A stretch of 64,000 nucleotides of DNA, from the NCBI GenBank assembly GCA_001657385.1, contig LYSZ01000010.1, positions 32,394-96,393 on the forward strand. The letters are read 5' to 3'. Shown one piece after another: positions 57,652 to 64,000 of this stretch (position 1 is its first letter; the number at the start of each line of letters is the position of its first letter). The position numbers and the translations under genes are program-made. The notes under the pieces are model-generated. The model was given only the letters and a program-made list of their open reading frames with translations. It did no database searches and was not told the origin of the DNA. Source of the DNA: Parvularcula sp. BBD 1991-13. GTDB lineage: Bacteria > Pseudomonadota > Alphaproteobacteria > Caulobacterales > Parvularculaceae.

Positions 57652-58923
57652 TCAGTTGCGCGGCGTCAGGCGCAGGACCTTGCCGACCGGCGCGCCGCCC
57701 CGGTCTTCGGTCGTGACATAGACGGCGCCGTCCGGGCCGACGCGCACGTCGCGAATCCGCTCGCCAACGAGATAGCGCTCCTCGCCGATGGGCAGGTTCG
57801 CATCCATGATCACGCGGTGCAGCGCCTGGCTCGAATGGTCGGCCATGGCCCCGACCAGCAGGTCGCCTTCCCATGCCGCGAACATGTCGCCGCGGTAAAC
57901 CGCCATGCCCGACGGCGCGATGGACGGCGTCCAGTATTTCACCGGCTGGCGCGCCCCTTCGAATTCAGTGAACGGCGTCACCTTCGATCCGTTGTAGTTG
58001 ATGCCGTATGTCGCCGCCGGCCAGCCGTAATTGGCGCCCGCCTGGACGTCGTTGATCTCGTCGCCGCCGCGCGGACCGTGCTCGTTCGACCAGAGAACGC
58101 CCCGCCCGGCGTCATAGACGAGCCCTTGCGGGTTGCGGTGTCCCTTGGAGTACAGCTCCGGCAGGGAGCCCGGTCCGAAGGTCGGATTGTCCGCCGGGAG
58201 CGATCCGTCCTCGTTCAGGCGCACGACGGCGCCGAAGCTCGTCGCCATGTCCTGCGCGCGCTCCTGGTAGCGTCCGCCGTCGCCGGTGGTGAGGTAGAGC
58301 CTGCCGTCGCCGCCCCACGCCATGCGTCCGCCGAAATGATGGCCCGTGTCCTTCAGCGGCGTGACCTCGTAGATCGTCTCCACGTCGCTCAGGGTCGCGC
58401 CGTCGAAAACGCCCCGCACCACGCGGGTCGCGTTGCCCTCCCGCGTTCCATGGGCGTAGGAAAGGTAAAGAATGTTGTTCTCGGCGAAGTCCGGATGCGG
58501 AAGAACGTCGAAATAGCCGCCCTGGTTCCACACCAGCGGTTCCGGCGCGCCGGCGACCGGGTCGTCGACGAGCGCGCCCTCGCGGATGATGCGGATGCGC
58601 CCTTCGCGCTCCGTCACCAGCATGTCGCCGTTCGGCAGGAAGGCGAGACCCCAGGGATTGACCAGGCCCTCGGCGAGGGTTTCCACGCTCAGCGCGGTCT
58701 CTCCCTCCGGCGCGATCTCCTGCATCGTTTCCTGGAGCGCCGGATCGCCGCCGCCGCCGCCGGGAACCAGCGCGCCCGGCAGGGCGCCCGCCGCCGCGGA
58801 GGCGTCCTCGACGGCGTCGTTCGACGCCTCGGCGTCCTCGCTGTTGGAACAGGCCGAAAGCATCGCCGCCGCGCACAGGCCGGCTGAAAGGAACGCCAGG
58901 GATTTCGCCGTGAAAAGGGCCAT
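57652..58923 (-). CDS. PQQ-dependent sugar dehydrogenase (glucose/sorbosone dehydrogenase family) lipoprotein
   Basis: Lipobox LSAC, PWGLAFLP, QGGYFDV, HFGGR, GHRNPQG, EHGPRGGDEIN, IAPSG, RIRDV. Confidence 0.9.
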   Translation of the reverse strand: MALFTAKSLAFLSAGLCAAAMLSACSNSEDAEASNDAVEDASAAAGALPGALVPGGGGGDPALQETMQEIAPEGETALSVETLAEGLVNPWGLAFLPNGDMLVTEREGRIRIIREGALVDDPVAGAPEPLVWNQGGYFDVLPHPDFAENNILYLSYAHGTREGNATRVVRGVFDGATLSDVETIYEVTPLKDTGHHFGGRMAWGGDGRLYLTTGDGGRYQERAQDMATSFGAVVRLNEDGSLPADNPTFGPGSLPELYSKGHRNPQGLVYDAGRGVLWSNEHGPRGGDEINDVQAGANYGWPAATYGINYNGSKVTPFTEFEGARQPVKYWTPSIAPSGMAVYRGDMFAAWEGDLLVGAMADHSSQALHRVIMDANLPIGEERYLVGERIRDVRVGPDGAVYVTTEDRGGAPVGKVLRLTPRN

Positions 58924-59106
58924 GATGGGGGTCCGTTGTCCTGTCTGAAACCGATAGCCCAAGAGTTGAACGATCGCCCGCGGCGCGTCAATGCCCACGT
59001 CCCGGAGCGGCGGAGCGGATTTGACCGGCGCGTCGCCCTCCCGCATGCTGGCGTCCGCGCGTCCGGCATTCGGCGGCGCGACAAGGGCTGATCCGAGGGG
59101 CTGACC

Positions 59107-59547
59107 ATGGCGTTTCGCAGAACGGCGATTGCATTCATCCTGACGGCGCTGACCGCCTACGGGCTCGCGGTCGGTTTCTACACCCAGCAGGTCATCGCCA
59201 GCCAATCCTTCATCCGCTATACGCCCGCCCAGGCGTTCGAGACATTCGCCTACAACCTCGCCGGTTTGTGGATGTACGGCGTCGTCATCGCCATCGCCCT
59301 CATGATCGGCTTTATCGTCGCCGCGCTCGTCAAGCGCGTCCTGCGCCCCCTCGCGCCGGTCGCGTATCCGGTTGCGGGGGCGCTGGCCATTCCGTTGACG
59401 GTGGTTCTCATCGAGCAGGTGCTCGGCGGCGGCGCCGGCGTCATGAGCGGCGCGAGGGGCCCCGTCGGGCTCGCCCTTCAGGGCGTCGCCGGTTTCGCCG
59501 CCGGCGTCGTCTTCTCGGTAATTCGTCCGCATCAAAACAATTCGTAA
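59107..59547 (+). CDS. Hypothetical membrane protein
   Basis: 146 aa, about 4 hydrophobic segments. Confidence 0.7.
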   Translation: MAFRRTAIAFILTALTAYGLAVGFYTQQVIASQSFIRYTPAQAFETFAYNLAGLWMYGVVIAIALMIGFIVAALVKRVLRPLAPVAYPVAGALAIPLTVVLIEQVLGGGAGVMSGARGPVGLALQGVAGFAAGVVFSVIRPHQNNS

Positions 59548-59613
59548 ATGCAAAAAAAGCAAATGCAGTAAAGACGGGGCCGCCTGCGCCCCGCGTCAAG
59601 GAGGAACTTTTTC

Positions 59614-61386
59614 ATGGGTCTGAAGATTATTCTCGCCGCCGCCCTGTCCGCAGCGTCCGCCGCGTTCGCATCGGCGGCGTCGGCGCAACCGGACGCCGCC
59701 GGGCGGTTGCAGCGCCTGATGGACGAGCATTGGGCGTGGACCCTGGAACAGCGGCCGATCCTGGCCACCTCGCTCGGCGTGCGCGATCATGACGACCGCC
59801 TGCGGTCGGTGTCGCTTGAGGCCGCCGCGGCGCGCGACGCCCAGGCGGCGGCGTTTCTGGAGCGGCTTGAGGCGATCGACGCGGCGGCGCTCGATCCAGC
59901 CGACCGCATCAACTACGACCTTCTCCGGCTCGATCTGCGGACCGATGTGGAGGCCGCGCCCTACGGCATGGAATACCTGCTGATGAGCAATCGGTCGGGG
60001 CCGCACACTTTCCTGGCGCGCCTGCCCGGCCAATTGCCGTTCTTCACCATGGCCGACTATGAAAGCTACATCGCCCGCCTCGGCGACGCGCCGCGCTATC
60101 TCGGCGAGGCGCAGCAAACCCTGCGCGCCGGGGCGGCGGCCGGCTGGACGCAGCCCTGCGAGCCGATGGCGGGGGTCGAGGCCTCGATCCGGTTCCATGT
60201 GACGGACAGCGCCGACGACAGCGTTTTCATGAAGCCGTTTGCGCAAAAGCCCGATGCGATTTCCGCGCGCGACTGGCGCGGCCTCAGACGCCGCGCAGCG
60301 CGCGCCGTCGAGCGCGACGTCCTGCCGGCGATGGCCGCGTTCGCCGATTTCTATGCGGAGGAATACGCACCCGCCTGCCGCGAGGATCTCGGCGCCTCGG
60401 GCTTTCCGGACGGTGAAGCGTATTACGCCTGGCGCGCAAAGGTCTTCACCACCACGGACATGAGCGTCGATGAGATTCACGACCTCGGCCTTTCGGAGGT
60501 CGCGCGCATTCGCGCCGAGATGATGGAGGTCATCGGAGAGGTCGAATTCGACGGCGACTTCAAGGCCTTTCAGACGTTTCTGCGCACCGATCCGCAGTTC
60601 TACGCCGGAACGCCGGAAGAGCTTGTCGCGGCGGTTTCGGTGATCGCGAAAAAGGCCGACGGCGCGATGCCGCTGGTGTTCGGCACGCTGGCGCGCATGC
60701 CCTACACGGTGCAGCCGGTGCCGGCCGACATCGCCGAAGGGACGACCACGGCCTATTACGAGCGCCCCGCCGGGGACGGCACGCGCGCCGGCGTTTACCG
60801 CATCAACACCTCGCTTCTCGATCAGCGCCCGCTGTTCGAACTGGAGGCGCTCGGCCTGCATGAAGCGGTTCCCGGCCATCACCACCAGATCGCCCTGTCG
60901 CAGGAACTCGACCTGCCGCCGTTCCGGCGCTATGGCGGCTTCACCGCGTTCATCGAAGGCTGGGGACTGTACGCCGAAAGCCTCGGCCTTGAGATGGGGT
61001 TCTACCAGGACCCGTACTCGAATTTCGGCCGTCTTTCCTACGAGATGTGGCGCGCCTGCCGGCTCGTGGTCGACACCGGGCTGCACGCCAAGGGATGGAC
61101 GAAGCAGCAGGCGGTGGATTTCATGGCGGAGAACACCGCGCTTTCACTGCACAACATCGAAGCGGAAGTGAACCGCTACATCACCGGTCCGGGGCAGGCG
61201 CTGGCCTATAAAGTTGGCGAACTGAAAATGCAGGCCCTGCGCGATCGCGCCGAGGAGGAACTGGGCGCCGCCTTCGACGTGCGGCGATTCCACGACGCGC
61301 TTTTAGGAAACGGCGCCGTGCCGCTGTCGTTCCTGGAAACCCATATGGACGCGTGGATCGAGATGGAAAAAGCGCGAACACGGTAG
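59614..61386 (+). CDS. DUF885 family secreted protein
   Basis: Signal peptide, HEAVPGHHHQ, FIEGWGLYAE, RACRLVVDTGLH, EVNRYI..PGQALAYKVG. Confidence 0.9.
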   Translation: MGLKIILAAALSAASAAFASAASAQPDAAGRLQRLMDEHWAWTLEQRPILATSLGVRDHDDRLRSVSLEAAAARDAQAAAFLERLEAIDAAALDPADRINYDLLRLDLRTDVEAAPYGMEYLLMSNRSGPHTFLARLPGQLPFFTMADYESYIARLGDAPRYLGEAQQTLRAGAAAGWTQPCEPMAGVEASIRFHVTDSADDSVFMKPFAQKPDAISARDWRGLRRRAARAVERDVLPAMAAFADFYAEEYAPACREDLGASGFPDGEAYYAWRAKVFTTTDMSVDEIHDLGLSEVARIRAEMMEVIGEVEFDGDFKAFQTFLRTDPQFYAGTPEELVAAVSVIAKKADGAMPLVFGTLARMPYTVQPVPADIAEGTTTAYYERPAGDGTRAGVYRINTSLLDQRPLFELEALGLHEAVPGHHHQIALSQELDLPPFRRYGGFTAFIEGWGLYAESLGLEMGFYQDPYSNFGRLSYEMWRACRLVVDTGLHAKGWTKQQAVDFMAENTALSLHNIEAEVNRYITGPGQALAYKVGELKMQALRDRAEEELGAAFDVRRFHDALLGNGAVPLSFLETHMDAWIEMEKARTR

Positions 61387-61450
61387 AATTTGGAAGAAAA
61401 TCACGGGCGGCGTTGCGTCGGCTGCGCCGCGCGCCTAGGGTCCGGCTCTT

Positions 61451-62848
61451 ATGCAGGAGGATCTCGCCACCCTTATCCGCAACACCGCCGCGCGGGTGCG
61501 CGCCCGCGATTTCATGTGGGCGGTGGGCATCAGCGCCGGGGTCGGGGCGGCGGTCATCCTCGCCGATCTCGCCGAATGGGGGCCGGTTCTCCTGGCCTGG
61601 GGCGCGTTCCTGGCGGCGCTCGCGGTGCGTTATCGGTTTTCGTCGGGGCGCGTATGGGCCGCGCCGGTGCAGCGGGTGGTCGAAACGGAACTGAACGCGC
61701 AGGAGGCCGAGCTCGTCAACCTGCGCATGGTCCGGGACGTGGCCGAGGCCCTGCCCGAGCCGCTGTTTATTCTCGATGCGGAGGGGATCGTCGAACACGC
61801 CAATCCGGCTGCGGAAGAGCTTGTCGGCGCGAAGGACATTTCCGGGCGCCATTTCGCGGCGGTGCTGCGCGCGCCGGCGGTATACGAAGCGGTGGAGCGC
61901 ACCCTGGAGAGCAAGGCCGCGGAGCGGGTCGAGTTTTCCACCAAGGGCTCCGTCGACCGCTGGTGCCGGGCCTATGTGACCGCCATCGAGACCGGCGCGG
62001 ACTGGCCGTCCCATCGCTCGCAGCGCTCCCTCGTCTTCATCCGCGATTTGACCAGCGAGCACCGGCTGGAGCAGATGCGCGCCGACTTCATCGCCAGCGC
62101 CAGCCACGAGCTGCGCACGCCGCTGGCCTCGCTCCTCGGCTTTATCGAGACCCTGCGCGGCCACGCCCGGAACGACCCGGAGGCGCAGAAAAAGTTCCTC
62201 TCGATCATGCAGGCCCAGGCCGAGCGCATGCAGCGGCTCGTCTCCGACCTGATGTCGCTGTCGCATATCGAGTTGAACGAACATGTTCCGCCCAAGGATA
62301 TTGTCGACGTGCGCGCCGTCGCCGCCGACGTCATCGAAAGCCTGGGGCCGCTGTTCGAACAGGCCGGATCGATCGTCGATTTCATCGCCGGGACGGAGGA
62401 GCCGACGACCGTGCGCGGGGCGCGCGACGAAATCTTCCAGGCGGTGCAGAACCTGCTGCACAATGCGGTGAAATACGGCGGCGAGCCGGCGATGATCAAG
62501 CTGCGCGTCGGGCGCGGCGCGGCGCCGGCGCTGACCGAGGACGACGAGCCCGGCGTGCGCGCGGGCGACGCCCCGGAACAGGTCGCCGCGCGTCTCGGCG
62601 TCGAGGTGGGCGATCTGGTTTACTTCCAGGTGCGCGATTTCGGCCCCGGCGTGGATCGCGCCGCCCTGCCGCGGCTGACGGAACGGTTCTACCGCGTCAA
62701 TGTGGAGCGCAGCCGCAAGAGCGGCGGCACCGGCCTGGGGCTGGCGATCGTCAAGCATATCCTCAACCGCCACAAGGGCGGGTTCCAGATCGAAAGCAAG
62801 CTCGCGCGCGGATCGGCCTTCACCTGTTATTTTCAGTCGGCGCCGTGA
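61451..62848 (+). CDS. phoR: Phosphate regulon sensor histidine kinase PhoR
   Basis: PAS-like domain, DFIASASHELRTPL, NLLHNAVKY, GGTGLGLAIVKH; upstream of phoU-phoB. Confidence 0.88.
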   Translation: MQEDLATLIRNTAARVRARDFMWAVGISAGVGAAVILADLAEWGPVLLAWGAFLAALAVRYRFSSGRVWAAPVQRVVETELNAQEAELVNLRMVRDVAEALPEPLFILDAEGIVEHANPAAEELVGAKDISGRHFAAVLRAPAVYEAVERTLESKAAERVEFSTKGSVDRWCRAYVTAIETGADWPSHRSQRSLVFIRDLTSEHRLEQMRADFIASASHELRTPLASLLGFIETLRGHARNDPEAQKKFLSIMQAQAERMQRLVSDLMSLSHIELNEHVPPKDIVDVRAVAADVIESLGPLFEQAGSIVDFIAGTEEPTTVRGARDEIFQAVQNLLHNAVKYGGEPAMIKLRVGRGAAPALTEDDEPGVRAGDAPEQVAARLGVEVGDLVYFQVRDFGPGVDRAALPRLTERFYRVNVERSRKSGGTGLGLAIVKHILNRHKGGFQIESKLARGSAFTCYFQSAP

Positions 62849-63065
62849 GATGAATCTGTTACGACAGGCGCAAATTTTGCGCCATCGCCGCTGTTGCCCT
62901 GCAAGGCGCCCCATACGGCGCCGCGTCGGGAGCCGGGCCGGATAACAGGGAGCCGATAAAAGACCCGACAGGAAAGGACCGGAAAAAAAGGCCGGACAAG
63001 AATATGTCACAAAACAGGTGCACTAACACTGCCCTTCGCTTTGCAAACCCTAGAACTGGTCGCTT

Positions 63066-63800
63066 ATGGCCGTAACCGATCTAAAGACTGCATTGCCCGA
63101 ACGCCGCCATCTGGAGACGGAGCTTTCGCGCATGGCCGCGCTCGTGGAAACGCAGCTCGCGGGCGCGATCTCCGCGTTCGAGCGGCGAGACGTGGCGGCG
63201 GCGACGGCGCTGATCGCCGCCGACCAGCGCATCGACGAGTATGACCGCGATATCGAGGTGAAGGTCATGGAGCTGCTCGGCAAGGGCGCCCTGCCGCAGG
63301 ACGCGCTGCGCGACGTCATGACCATGATGAAGATCGCCGGCGAGCTGGAGCGGGTCGGCGACCTCGCCAAGAACATCGCCAAGCGCACCCGCGTCGTCAG
63401 CAGCGAGGGCATGCCGGCCCAGCCGACCTCCGGCGTCACCCGCATGGGCCGCGTCAGCCTGCGCCAGATGTCGGACATCCTCAACGCCTACGGCGCGCGC
63501 AACATCACCGCGGCGCGGGCGGTGTGGGGCGGGGACAACGAGCTGGACGCCCTCTACAACTCGGTTTTTCAGGAAATCGTCCAGTCCATGATGGAAGACC
63601 CGCAACTGATCAATGTGTGCACCCATCTGGTGTTCATCGCCAAGAATTTCGAACGGGTCGGCGACCACGCCACCAACATCGCCGAGGCGATCCACTTCCT
63701 CGTCACCGGCACGCCGCTGGTGGAAGAGCGCCCGAAGGGCGATGAGACCTCGACAATCGCGGTTCCGCCGCCTAAGCATCTGCCCGCATCTGGTCTCTAG
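63066..63800 (+). CDS. phoU: Phosphate signaling protein PhoU
   Basis: ELERVGDLAKNIA, AKNFERVGDHATNIAE. Confidence 0.95.
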   Translation: MAVTDLKTALPERRHLETELSRMAALVETQLAGAISAFERRDVAAATALIAADQRIDEYDRDIEVKVMELLGKGALPQDALRDVMTMMKIAGELERVGDLAKNIAKRTRVVSSEGMPAQPTSGVTRMGRVSLRQMSDILNAYGARNITAARAVWGGDNELDALYNSVFQEIVQSMMEDPQLINVCTHLVFIAKNFERVGDHATNIAEAIHFLVTGTPLVEERPKGDETSTIAVPPPKHLPASGL

Positions 63801-63842
63801 GGCGCGCTGGGGGCGCCCGCATCGGAGGTTGCGGAGGTTGCC

Positions 63843-64000
63843 ATGGCGACACGAGTGTTGATTGTCGAGGACGAGGAGGCGCTCGCCACCCTGCTCGAAT
63901 ACAATCTCGGTCAGGAGAAGTTCGACGTCACCCTCGCCTCGGACGGCGAGGAGGGCATTTTGAAGATCGAGGAAAACCCGCCCGACGTGGTGATCCTCGA
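63843..64000 (+). CDS. phoB: Phosphate regulon response regulator PhoB (5' part, runs off window)
   Basis: MATRVLIVEDEEALATLLEYNL..PDVVILD; follows phoU. Confidence 0.9.
   Translation, partial: MATRVLIVEDEEALATLLEYNLGQEKFDVTLASDGEEGILKIEENPPDVVIL

Noticed and set aside
63004-63021. Full Pho box upstream of phoU
   Set aside because: First half ATGTCAC fits, second half CAGGTGC is a poor match; kept only as a half-site remark

Overview
GC-rich (~70%) alphaproteobacterial chromosomal window; gene order and content suggest a Caulobacterales/Parvularculales-like lineage (inference). It is mostly core housekeeping DNA: obgE-nadD-egtD, lolA, xth, ftsY-ispZ, mtaB, lptFG, gshB, rsmI/yraN/BON/lpoA, rdgB/hemW, rlmN, trpA-accD-folC, tsaE-amgK-murU-addB-addA-trxA, fdx-mmcB and phoR-phoU-phoB. 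I found no tRNA, rRNA, CRISPR array, integrase or transposase. Four items stand out. (1) An apparent operon at ~34.9-36.9 kb: a promoter with three palindromic operator-like sites, a ~250-nt structured leader, two unannotated 44/49-aa hydrophobic microproteins, two DUF2975-like membrane proteins and an XRE regulator. (2) A lower-GC cassette of two paralogous Nudix genes (one membrane-anchored with a degenerate Nudix box, one near-canonical) that appears to have inserted into the 5' end of hemW, leaving the old N-terminus stranded behind rdgB. (3) A stand-alone candidate sRNA at ~10.85-10.99 kb with C-rich anti-Shine-Dalgarno loops. (4) An ABC-HlyD-TolC cassette whose only ABC subunit has lost its ATPase motifs. 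Start codons were adjusted by eye and all family calls are from motif recognition, not database searches.
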